NCBI GenBank assembly: GCA_041659445.1
Contig: JBAZYG010000001.1
Coordinates: 360,001 to 392,000, forward strand
Source: Candidatus Saccharimonadota bacterium
Lineage (GTDB): Archaea; Nanobdellota; Nanobdellia; Pacearchaeales; GW2011-AR1
Direction of reading: 5' to 3'
Length of the DNA stretch: 32,000 nucleotides
This document shows, piece by piece, positions 23,005 to 31,041 of the stretch (its first letter is position 1; every line of letters begins with the position of its first letter). Position numbers and translations under genes: made by a program. Below the pieces are notes generated by a model. That model was not told the DNA's origin, did not search any database, and worked only from the letters and a program-made list of their open reading frames with translations.

Positions 23005-24201
23005 ATGGAAATACATCCTCATCCAAAGATATTATTAAAATTACATAGAAGAAGAGCTGATATAGAATTAAGTCCAGAAGAATATCAAAGAGGAAAGGTT
23101 TGGTCAAAAGATAAACAACAACTTCTTATGGATACAATTCTTAAAAAAATGCACATTCCTCCAATTTATTTTCGAGTTTTAGAAAATGGATATTATGAAT
23201 GTGTTGATGGGCAACAAAGATGCACGGCAGTATTTGATTTTTTTGATGATAAGTTTCCCCTCTCAAAAAAATATTCTCCTGAATTTGCGGGGAAATTTTT
23301 TAAAGAATTACCAACAGAAATACAAGATAGATTTTATGATTACGAAATAATGGTTTTTGAAATAGTTAATGCTTCAGATGACGAAACAAAAGAGATGTTT
23401 AAAAGATTACAAAAAGGAATGCCCTTAACTGCTGGAGAAAAACTTAAAGCAGAAACAGGAAATATTAGAAGTTTTATTTTAGAACTAACAAAAACAAAGT
23501 TTTTCTCTGATGCAATTAATGTAAGAGACTATAGAGGTGCTTATTATCAAATGTGTTCTCAAATTTTGGCTCTTGAGATGTTAGGAATGAAAGATGTTAA
23601 ATTCAAGATTTTAGAAGATATGCACACAGAAAATAAAAATTTAGATTTAAATGGAAAAGCACCGACACAAGTAAAAAAAGTAATAAACTTTTTATCTCGT
23701 GCTTTTGAAACTAAAACTCCCGAATTACATACGAGGGCGGGAATAGTTTCATTGTATCTTTTAATTTCTACTTTGATGAAAGAATATTCATTAAAAGATA
23801 AGGAAGATTTAATTAAAAATTTTGTTATTTATTTTCAGGACAAATTAAGAGAAACAGAAGAAAAAGAAAATAATCCAGAATTATTAAAATTTTTGAATGC
23901 AATAAGTCATTCATCTGATGGTGCAAATTCAATAAAAACCAGACACGAAATTTTAATGAATTATTTTTTATTATTTGCTAAAGATTTAGAACCATTAGAT
24001 ACAAATAGAGGTTTTACAGAAATTGAGAGGATAGCAATTTATAGAAAAAACGAGGGTATTTGTCAGGAATGCAAACAAAAAGTAGAATATAATAATTTTC
24101 ACGCAGACCACATAATTCCTCATTCAAGAGGTGGAAAAACAACTCTTGAAAATGGGCAAGTTTTATGTAATAAATGTAATTTATCTAAAGGTGCTAATTA
24201 A
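23005..24201 (+). CDS. DUF262 (ParB-like/GmrSD N-terminal) - HNH endonuclease fusion; putative type IV-like restriction/defence nuclease
   Basis: The N-terminal DUF262 signatures are YQRGKVWSKDKQQLLMDTI and VDGQQRCTAVFDFF. The C-terminal HNH motif is CQECKQKVEYNNFHADHIIPHSRGGKTTLENGQVLCNKCNLSKG. Confidence 0.85.
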   Translation: MEIHPHPKILLKLHRRRADIELSPEEYQRGKVWSKDKQQLLMDTILKKMHIPPIYFRVLENGYYECVDGQQRCTAVFDFFDDKFPLSKKYSPEFAGKFFKELPTEIQDRFYDYEIMVFEIVNASDDETKEMFKRLQKGMPLTAGEKLKAETGNIRSFILELTKTKFFSDAINVRDYRGAYYQMCSQILALEMLGMKDVKFKILEDMHTENKNLDLNGKAPTQVKKVINFLSRAFETKTPELHTRAGIVSLYLLISTLMKEYSLKDKEDLIKNFVIYFQDKLRETEEKENNPELLKFLNAISHSSDGANSIKTRHEILMNYFLLFAKDLEPLDTNRGFTEIERIAIYRKNEGICQECKQKVEYNNFHADHIIPHSRGGKTTLENGQVLCNKCNLSKGAN

Positions 24202-24416
24202 CTTTTTTAACATACATTACTTATTTAACAAAGCCAAAATAGGGAAAACCTTTAAAAAGCTGTTTTCATTATATTTGATATTAGAAAGATATCACTATCA
24301 CATTATAACATCATCATCACGCTCATTTTTTTAGCGAGTGATTACTTGTAAGAAATATAGGTATTTTTCTAAAGGGACTCTCAGTCCTTAACAAATTAAA
24401 CACGGAGAAACAAAAC

Positions 24417-24479
24417 ATGGCTAAACTGAAATTAAAAATTTCGTTTAATCCATTTAGAAAATCAAAATGGCAAAAGTAA
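24417..24479 (+). promoter_or_regulatory. upstream ORF (20 codons, MAKLKLKISFNPFRKSKWQK*) overlapping the dnaG start out of frame
   Basis: It starts ATGGCTAAACT, compared with the EF-1alpha mini-ORF ATGGCTAAGCT and the dnaG start ATGGCAAAA (MAK). Its stop TAA at 24477-24479 lies 13 nt inside dnaG. An SD-like GGAG lies 9 nt upstream. Confidence 0.45.
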
Positions 24480-25621
24480 GTCCAGTTTCAATAAAATATA
24501 TGATACATGCGACTTTAGTTGCAGAAGGTGCTTTAGAAAAACCTGATGTAATCGGAGCTTTATTTGGACAAACAGAAGGATTGCTTGGAGCTGATTTAGA
24601 AATGAGAGACCTTCAAAAAGAAGGAAAAATCGGCAGAATTGAAGTAGAGTTAGAGAGAAAAGAAAAGCAAACTATTGGAAAAATAAAAATCCCAACTGCA
24701 TTAGACCAATCTGAAACAACATTGATAGCTGCTGCTATTGAAACTATTGAAAGAGTTGGACCAAGCGATGCTCAAATTGAAATTGATCGAATTGAAGATG
24801 TAAGAGGTAGTAAAAGAGACTACATTATTGATAGAGCAAAAAAATTAATGTCTCAAATTGAAGGCTCTGCAAATTCAAGGGAAATTTCAAATGAAATCAA
24901 AGATTCTGCTAAAATTGCAGACATCAAAGAATATGGGCTAAGCAAACTTGCTTCAGGTGATCTTTCAGGTGAAGACATAATTGTAGTTGAAGGAAGAGCA
25001 GACGTTGTAAATCTCTTAAAAGCAGGGATAAAAAACGTTGTTGGTATGAACGGAACAAAACTTCCTGAAGAAGTAAGAGAACTAAGCAAGGAAAAAGAAA
25101 TAACTCTTTTTGTCGACGGAGATAGAGGAGGCAAATTGATTATTCAAAATGCAATGGAAAACGCAAGAATTTCATATATTGTAATCGCACCAGATGGAAA
25201 AGAAGTTGAAGAACTAACTGGTAAAGAAATTTTAATGGCTTTAAGAAAAAAAATTCCTGCAAATGAATTTTTCTCAGATAACAAAAGAAACTTCAGAGAT
25301 AATAAAAGAGAAAATTCTAGGCAGGAATTTAATTTTATTTTAGATTCTGATTCAAAACAAAAATTAAAAGAAATTTCAAAAGACAATGAAGGCTCTAAAA
25401 AAGTAATAATGCTAAATTCTGAATTAAAAGAAATCAAATCAACAGGTTTGAAAATGCTTGAAAACACCTTGAGAAGAATGCATGAAAAACCAGCAATAAT
25501 AATTCTTGATGGAAGTGCTACAAAAAATATAATTTATTCTTGTGAAGAAGAAGGAATTCAATTGATTGTTGCCAAAAACTTTTCAACAACAGATACGAAA
25601 ATAAAATTGTTAAGTTTTTAA
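24467..25621 (+). CDS. dnaG: archaeal DnaG-type primase / TOPRIM protein
   Basis: The N-terminus KYMIHATLVAEGALEKPDVIGALFGQTEGLLG is characteristic of archaeal DnaG. TOPRIM motifs: IIVVEGRADVVNL ... LFVDGDRGG. Confidence 0.9.
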   Translation: MAKVSPVSIKYMIHATLVAEGALEKPDVIGALFGQTEGLLGADLEMRDLQKEGKIGRIEVELERKEKQTIGKIKIPTALDQSETTLIAAAIETIERVGPSDAQIEIDRIEDVRGSKRDYIIDRAKKLMSQIEGSANSREISNEIKDSAKIADIKEYGLSKLASGDLSGEDIIVVEGRADVVNLLKAGIKNVVGMNGTKLPEEVRELSKEKEITLFVDGDRGGKLIIQNAMENARISYIVIAPDGKEVEELTGKEILMALRKKIPANEFFSDNKRNFRDNKRENSRQEFNFILDSDSKQKLKEISKDNEGSKKVIMLNSELKEIKSTGLKMLENTLRRMHEKPAIIILDGSATKNIIYSCEEEGIQLIVAKNFSTTDTKIKLLSF

Positions 25622-25663
25622 AACTTACATTAAATTTAAATAACAATTTTTCTTGTTTTTATT

Positions 25664-26587
25664 ATGATTGAGTATTTTAAGAAAATAAAAGACGAAGAAA
25701 GAATTAAAAAAATTGAAAGTTTTGAAGAAGGATGCTGGGTTAATGTTACAAACCCTTCTGACGAAGAAATTGAATTTTTAGTTAAAGAATTTAGTTTAAG
25801 TAAATCAAATTTAATTGATGGATTAGATATTCATGAAAACCCTAGATTTGAAATAGATAACAAAAAAACATATATTTATTTGACAACTCCTACTGAAAAT
25901 ATATCTCAAGAATATGATTCTTCATTTTTAATTATTTATGGAAAAAATCATTTCATTACTTTTTCAAAAACTTCTTTAGAAATATTTGAAAGAATTTTAA
26001 ACGAAAAATCAAGATTCATGAGCTTCTTGATTTCAAAAAACCTTGTTAAGGTTTTGAATTTAGTTTCAAAACTATTTGAAGAATCTATACAAAAAATAAG
26101 AAAAGAAATAAGAAAAAATAGAAACAAATTAAGTCAACTTAAAACAAAAGACATTGAAGACTTGATAAATTATGAAGATAAATTAAATGAATATATTTCT
26201 GTTTTTGAAGCAAACATAAGCACATATAAAAGAATTTTACGAGATAAGTCATTGCATTTCTTGAAAAAAGATGAACAAAATCTAGAAGATGCAATTATTG
26301 ATTTAAATCAAACCCTTAATTTATGTAAACAAACTCTTAAATCTATTTCAAACGCAAGAACATATTATTCTACAAAATTATCAAATGATTTGAACAAAAC
26401 TGTTACTGCTTTGACAATTGTGACTATTTTTATTTCAATACCGACGCTGATTGCAAGTATTTATGGTATGAATATATCTCTACCTTTTCAAGATGGAAAA
26501 TATACTTTTGTTGGACTAATGTTATTAATTCTTGCAATTGTTGGAACTTTGTTTTTGGTTTTGAAAAAAGCTAGATTAATAAAATAA
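25664..26587 (+). CDS. corA: CorA-family magnesium/cobalt transporter
   Basis: YGMN signature (ASIYGMNISLPF) between two C-terminal TM helices. The size and cytoplasmic N-domain are typical. Confidence 0.85.
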   Translation: MIEYFKKIKDEERIKKIESFEEGCWVNVTNPSDEEIEFLVKEFSLSKSNLIDGLDIHENPRFEIDNKKTYIYLTTPTENISQEYDSSFLIIYGKNHFITFSKTSLEIFERILNEKSRFMSFLISKNLVKVLNLVSKLFEESIQKIRKEIRKNRNKLSQLKTKDIEDLINYEDKLNEYISVFEANISTYKRILRDKSLHFLKKDEQNLEDAIIDLNQTLNLCKQTLKSISNARTYYSTKLSNDLNKTVTALTIVTIFISIPTLIASIYGMNISLPFQDGKYTFVGLMLLILAIVGTLFLVLKKARLIK

Positions 26588-26676
26588 AAATTAGGGTTTG
26601 CTTATTAACTATAAAGTAGTAAACTAACGAAAAGTTTATAAAAGAATATGCTATTCTGATATCCAAGATAAATAAA

Positions 26677-27261
26677 ATGGCAAACAAAAAAACTTTAGAA
26701 AAGAAAATTTGGAGAGTGATTCCTGTAGAAGCACATAAACTTCCTTATATAAATAGGATGAGGATTCTTGCAAATAATGTTAGTTTTAAAGATGGAAATT
26801 CAAGATACAGAATGCCTCTTCCTGAGACTGACTTTGAAAAAGAAATATATGAACAATTTCAAGAACTCGTAGGTTCTCATGATATTGCAAGAATAGAATA
26901 TGTTGTTCCTTTAATTAAAGAGTTTGTTATAGATAATAAACAAAATGAAGCAGCCATATTATTTAGATATCAAATGGACTTTGCTATCGGAAAAGGTTTT
27001 CAAATGAAAGAAATGGTTTTCTATGGAAAGAAAGGAGAAAAACTAAAAGAAATTTATGAAGATCATGCTTGGACTGAACCAAGTTCTCTTGATTATCCTC
27101 TCTCACAAATGGCAAAAATCCATATGGATCCAATGTTGTATTTGTTAAGAGGAAATATATTAAGACCCATGTTTCCTGACTATCATGGACTAGAAATGGA
27201 TGACAAAACAATTTCAATCACACCAGAATATGGCGATAAAATAACTCTTGACAAAAGATAA
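26677..27261 (+). CDS. hypothetical protein (194 aa)
   Basis: ORF track. TAAAATG start context, with the TATA TTTATAAA 41 nt upstream. No family recognised. Confidence 0.55.
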   Translation: MANKKTLEKKIWRVIPVEAHKLPYINRMRILANNVSFKDGNSRYRMPLPETDFEKEIYEQFQELVGSHDIARIEYVVPLIKEFVIDNKQNEAAILFRYQMDFAIGKGFQMKEMVFYGKKGEKLKEIYEDHAWTEPSSLDYPLSQMAKIHMDPMLYLLRGNILRPMFPDYHGLEMDDKTISITPEYGDKITLDKR

Positions 27262-27341
27262 ATTGAGTCTGAAAGTAAAAGTGTAAACCTAAATTCTTTC
27301 AACCCAAAACTTCTATAAAACTTTTTTTCCTTATCTTAATC

Positions 27342-28133
27342 ATGACAATCTACAAAATAAAATTTGGGCCAGCAGGATTGGGTTCTGTAAAAGATGCAGA
27401 AAAAACTTTGTTATTTTTAAAAGAAAATGGGCTTGAAGCATGTGAAATTGCATTTACTTATGGTGTTTATATAAATAAAGAAGAGGCTGAAAAAATTAGC
27501 AAGATTGCAAAAGATTTAGGAATTTCATTATCAATTCATGCGCCTTATTGGATTAATTTAAATTCAGAAGAACCTGAAAAAATTGAAAAAAGCAAACAAA
27601 GAATTGTTAAATGTTTGGAAATTGGAACTTATTTGAATGCAAAATGTGTTGTTTTTCACGCAGGTTTTTATGGAAAAAAATCCAAAAAAGAAACTTATGA
27701 AAATATAAAAAATGAAATTTTGAAATTGCAAGAAATTAAAAAGAAAAATAAATACACGCCTGAACTTGCTCCTGAAACAATGGGAAAAATAAATGTTTTT
27801 GGAAGCATTGAAGAAATAGCATTGCTTGTTAAGGACACAAAATGCTTTGCATGTATTGATTTTGCACATATTCTGGCACGTTCCAATGGAGATTATAAAT
27901 TTAAAGAAACATTAAGATTATTTGAAAATTTAAAAGAATTACATATTCATTTTTCTGGAATAGATTACGGAATTAAAGGAGAAAAAAATCATAAAAAAAC
28001 TTCAGATGAAGAATTACATAAATTAATTTCAAATCTTCCAAAAAACAAAAATACCGTCGTGATAAATGAATCTCCAGACATGATTAATGATTCTATAAAT
28101 GCTTTAAAAATTTTTAAAAAATTAAATCAATGA
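27342..28133 (+). CDS. endonuclease IV-like / AP endonuclease family 2 TIM-barrel protein
   Basis: LSIHAPYWINLNS..., CVVFHAGFYG, APETMGK, IDFAHILARSNG and HIHFSGIDYG..GEKNHK follow the metal-ligand pattern of the Nfo/xylose-isomerase-like fold. Confidence 0.75.
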   Translation: MTIYKIKFGPAGLGSVKDAEKTLLFLKENGLEACEIAFTYGVYINKEEAEKISKIAKDLGISLSIHAPYWINLNSEEPEKIEKSKQRIVKCLEIGTYLNAKCVVFHAGFYGKKSKKETYENIKNEILKLQEIKKKNKYTPELAPETMGKINVFGSIEEIALLVKDTKCFACIDFAHILARSNGDYKFKETLRLFENLKELHIHFSGIDYGIKGEKNHKKTSDEELHKLISNLPKNKNTVVINESPDMINDSINALKIFKKLNQ

Positions 28134-28249
28134 AAATGTCCCTCTTTGTAAGGACACTTAGTTAAACTATGTTCACTTTAAAATGACAAACTTTATAAAG
28201 CATTCTTCCAATACTAAGATTACAGAAAACAAAGTTTTCTGACAAATAA

Positions 28250-29476
28250 ATGAAAAACAAAAAGCAAATGAAAACTAGAAATGTAATGTTTTCTTTAGCT
28301 ACTCTTGCTATTGCCTTATTTTTAGTAGCAACTGTTAGTGCTGGTGAAATCACAAACGATTACACTGTTGAAATTGAAAACATCAATGCTTATAACAACG
28401 TAGTTAGTGTTGTTGCTGGTGAAACAATAAAAATTGAAGTTTACTTCAATTCACTAGTTGATGATTCTGACGTAACTGTTGAAGCAGAAATCGAAGGCGA
28501 AAAAGTTAAAGTTGATACAATGACAAGTTCTTTCGATGTTGAAGCAGGTTTTGCATACAGAAAAGTTTTGACTTTAAAAGTTCCTTATGAACTTAAAGAC
28601 CAACTTTCTGATATGGTTTACCTTAACATTGAAATAGATGGTAAAGACCACAAAACAGAACTTGAACAAGTTAAACTTTTAGTTCAAAGACCTTCATACA
28701 ACGCAGTAGTGAAATCTCTTTCAGTTCCTAGTTCAATTGAAGCTGGTGACAAACTTTCAGTTGAATTCGTTCTTAAGAACATGGGATACAATGATTTAGA
28801 TGATGTTTATGTGAAAGCTAGCATTACAGAATTAGGATTAAGTCAAGGACCTGTTTGGGTTGGAGACTTAGTTACTATGGAAGAATGTAACGACGATGAT
28901 TGTGATAAAGACACTGTTGCTGGAAAATTATATTTAGATGTTCCATTCAGTGCCAAAGAAGGTGTTTATGACCTTGAATTCACAGTTTACAACGACGACA
29001 CAGAAACTACTGAAGTTAAGCAAATAGTAATCAAGAATGACTTTTCAAACGAAGTTATTGCTACAAACACTGAAAAAACTGTTGCTGTAGGAGAAAAAGC
29101 TGATTTTACTTTATTATTAGTTAACCCTAGTGATAATGTTAAGGTCTACACAATTTTAATTGAATCTGACGGAATAACAACTGAACTTGAAGAAAGTGTA
29201 GTTGCTGTCGGTGCTGGTTCAAGTAAGACTGTACAATTTTCTGCTTTAGCAAAAAGTGAAGGCTCAAATGACTTCACAGTAAGTGTTCTTTCAAACGGAA
29301 AGGTTGTTCAAGTTGTTGACTACAATTTAACTGCAGAAGGTAAGAAAGTTAACTCTACAGTTATTTTATCAATAATCTTGGCAATAATCTTTGTAGTATT
29401 ATTAGTTGTTCTTATTGTTCTATTAGCTAAGAAACCAGAAAAAAACACAGAAGACTTTGGTGAAAGTTATTACTAA
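28250..29476 (+). CDS. secreted, C-terminally membrane-anchored acidic cell-surface (S-layer-like) protein
   Basis: N-terminal signal peptide MKNKKQMKTRNVMFSLATLAIALFLVATVSAGE. The body is a repetitive, beta-rich, acidic sequence. C-terminal TM helix VILSIILAIIFVVLLVVLIVLLA, followed by KKPEK. Confidence 0.75.
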   Translation: MKNKKQMKTRNVMFSLATLAIALFLVATVSAGEITNDYTVEIENINAYNNVVSVVAGETIKIEVYFNSLVDDSDVTVEAEIEGEKVKVDTMTSSFDVEAGFAYRKVLTLKVPYELKDQLSDMVYLNIEIDGKDHKTELEQVKLLVQRPSYNAVVKSLSVPSSIEAGDKLSVEFVLKNMGYNDLDDVYVKASITELGLSQGPVWVGDLVTMEECNDDDCDKDTVAGKLYLDVPFSAKEGVYDLEFTVYNDDTETTEVKQIVIKNDFSNEVIATNTEKTVAVGEKADFTLLLVNPSDNVKVYTILIESDGITTELEESVVAVGAGSSKTVQFSALAKSEGSNDFTVSVLSNGKVVQVVDYNLTAEGKKVNSTVILSIILAIIFVVLLVVLIVLLAKKPEKNTEDFGESYY

Positions 29477-29527
29477 TTTTTCTTTTTTATTTTTTTATTT
29501 TTTTTATACTTTCACCCTTTCTTTTTT
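29477..29527 (+). terminator. multi-oligo-T archaeal terminator region
   Basis: tttttcttttttatttttttattttttttatactttcaccctttctttttt lies directly after the surface-protein stop. Runs of T5-T8 are the known archaeal intrinsic termination signal. Confidence 0.65.
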
Positions 29528-29597
29528 AAGATTTAATTCAACAAAATATATCATCAAGGATAATTATATTTAAAAACAAAAACAAACAAGAAATAAA

Positions 29598-29930
29598 ATG
29601 GAAATAATTAAGCAAGTGGAAATTTGTGATTGGAAGGGATTAAACTATGAAATTGCACTTAGAGCTCAAGGCGGTGGAAGAAGTTTTGTTTTTGCAAACA
29701 TACTTGATGGTTTCTTTTTATTAAATAAAAGATTTCATATGGGCCAAGTAGAAGCATTTGGAATAGCAAAAGACATTGAAGAAGCAGATAAAAGATTATA
29801 TAACAAAGCAAAAGAAATTGCACAAATCCATAGGAAAGAATATGAAACTGCAAAAAATGAAGAAAATTATATTATTGAAATTGTTGATTTAACAAAAAGA
29901 GGAAAATTAGAAAAAGAATTAGAAGAATAA
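29598..29930 (+). CDS. hypothetical protein (110 aa), paralogue of 29938..30300
   Basis: Shared C-terminal pattern ...(D/E)(A/I)DK(R/K)(L/A)YN/ENAK...IVDLTKRGKLEKE versus ...LIDLTERGKQSKLE. ATTTAAAA lies 29 nt upstream. Confidence 0.5.
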   Translation: MEIIKQVEICDWKGLNYEIALRAQGGGRSFVFANILDGFFLLNKRFHMGQVEAFGIAKDIEEADKRLYNKAKEIAQIHRKEYETAKNEENYIIEIVDLTKRGKLEKELEE

Positions 29931-29937
29931 AAATAAA

Positions 29938-30300
29938 ATGCCAAAAACAAAACCTTTAATTTACAAATGCAAATTATTCAAAGACCCTGAAAAAGAACTT
30001 CCTGTTTACATTTTGAATATTGATTTTACAGAATTTTCTGATTATAATAAAGTTTCTATATTTTATGATACAAGACCTATTATAAGAAATTCGAATGAAA
30101 CTTTTGTAGATGTTGGAGATAATTTAGATGACATAGATAAAAAAGCATATGAAAATGCAAAAGGAGAAATGTTTGAAAAATTAAAAGAAAAATTTATGAA
30201 ATCTAAGTATAATAAACCAAAAGGAAAAGTAAAACTTGTTTTAATTGATCTCACTGAAAGAGGAAAACAAAGTAAATTAGAAATTGGAGTTAAAGATTAA
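29938..30300 (+). CDS. hypothetical protein (120 aa), paralogue of 29598..29930
   Basis: See the previous entry. TAAAATG start context. Confidence 0.5.
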   Translation: MPKTKPLIYKCKLFKDPEKELPVYILNIDFTEFSDYNKVSIFYDTRPIIRNSNETFVDVGDNLDDIDKKAYENAKGEMFEKLKEKFMKSKYNKPKGKVKLVLIDLTERGKQSKLEIGVKD

Positions 30301-30301
30301 A

Positions 30302-30778
30302 ATGAAAAAATTATCAGATAGAACAAAAAAAATAATAGGAAATGTTTCATTGGCTGTGCCTTTTGGATATTTAGGATATGCTTCTATATATAACGACCAT
30401 TTATCAAAAAAAGAAAACAAAGATTCTGGAAAAGTTTATTCATCAAAAATAATAGGAAATTTGATATATACTACGATTTTAAGTGTCTGGGTTCTTTGGG
30501 GAGTTATGACTAATGATTGGACACCAAAACAAATTATAAATGGACATAAACAAAGAATTGAGAAAGAAAAAGAAAATTCAAGACAAAAGTTAATAAAAGA
30601 AATTAAAAAGAAATCCTTAATAGAAGAAATAGACAAAGATAAAAACGGATTAAGTTATGACGAACAATTTCAAATTTATAAATTAATGGGAATATCCGAT
30701 AGTTCAAAAATTTATCAACCTACATTAGATGACTGGGAAAGAGCTTATGACAAATATATTTCAAATCAAATCGAATAA
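30302..30778 (+). CDS. hypothetical membrane protein (158 aa from ATG 30302)
   Basis: TAA-A-ATG junction at 30298-30304; the track's TTG start at 30284 overlaps the upstream gene. Two hydrophobic segments: IIGNVSLAVPFGYLGYASI and LIYTTILSVWVLWGVM. Confidence 0.5.
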   Translation: MKKLSDRTKKIIGNVSLAVPFGYLGYASIYNDHLSKKENKDSGKVYSSKIIGNLIYTTILSVWVLWGVMTNDWTPKQIINGHKQRIEKEKENSRQKLIKEIKKKSLIEEIDKDKNGLSYDEQFQIYKLMGISDSSKIYQPTLDDWERAYDKYISNQIE

Positions 30779-30783
30779 TTAAA

Positions 30784-31041
30784 ATGCCTAAAAATTTAGA
30801 AGCAATAAAAGATTTTGGAAAAATAGGATTAAAAACATTAAGAAATGGATTGGTTGTTTTTGGAGCAACTTATTTTATTAAAGAAGGATTTGACTATAAC
30901 TCAAATTTGGATTCTTTAAAAGAAAGCATTAATTATGCACAAGACACAGGGATAGTAACTTCTATTTTAACAGTAAGTTATTATTTTGTAAAAGGCACTA
31001 TAAAAGCAATTGATAATTTTTCATCAATATCAGAACATTAA
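30784..31041 (+). CDS. hypothetical small membrane protein (85 aa)
   Basis: ORF track. TAAAATG context and two hydrophobic segments. Its stop overlaps the smc stop on the opposite strand (TTAA at 31038-31041). Confidence 0.45.
   Translation: MPKNLEAIKDFGKIGLKTLRNGLVVFGATYFIKEGFDYNSNLDSLKESINYAQDTGIVTSILTVSYYFVKGTIKAIDNFSSISEH

Noticed and set aside
24296-24330. Possible C/D-box sRNA on the minus strand: GTGATGATGATG gives a perfect C-box (RUGAUGA).
   Set aside because: No CUGA D or D' box and no C' box appear at the required spacing in the following 60 nt. The motif is just the complement of the repeat acatcatcatcac.
24131-24334. 67-aa plus-strand ORF overlapping the end of the DUF262-HNH gene and running into the intergenic gap.
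   Set aside because: It starts inside the HNH motif in another frame, has a low-complexity sequence and lacks any TATA or SD context.
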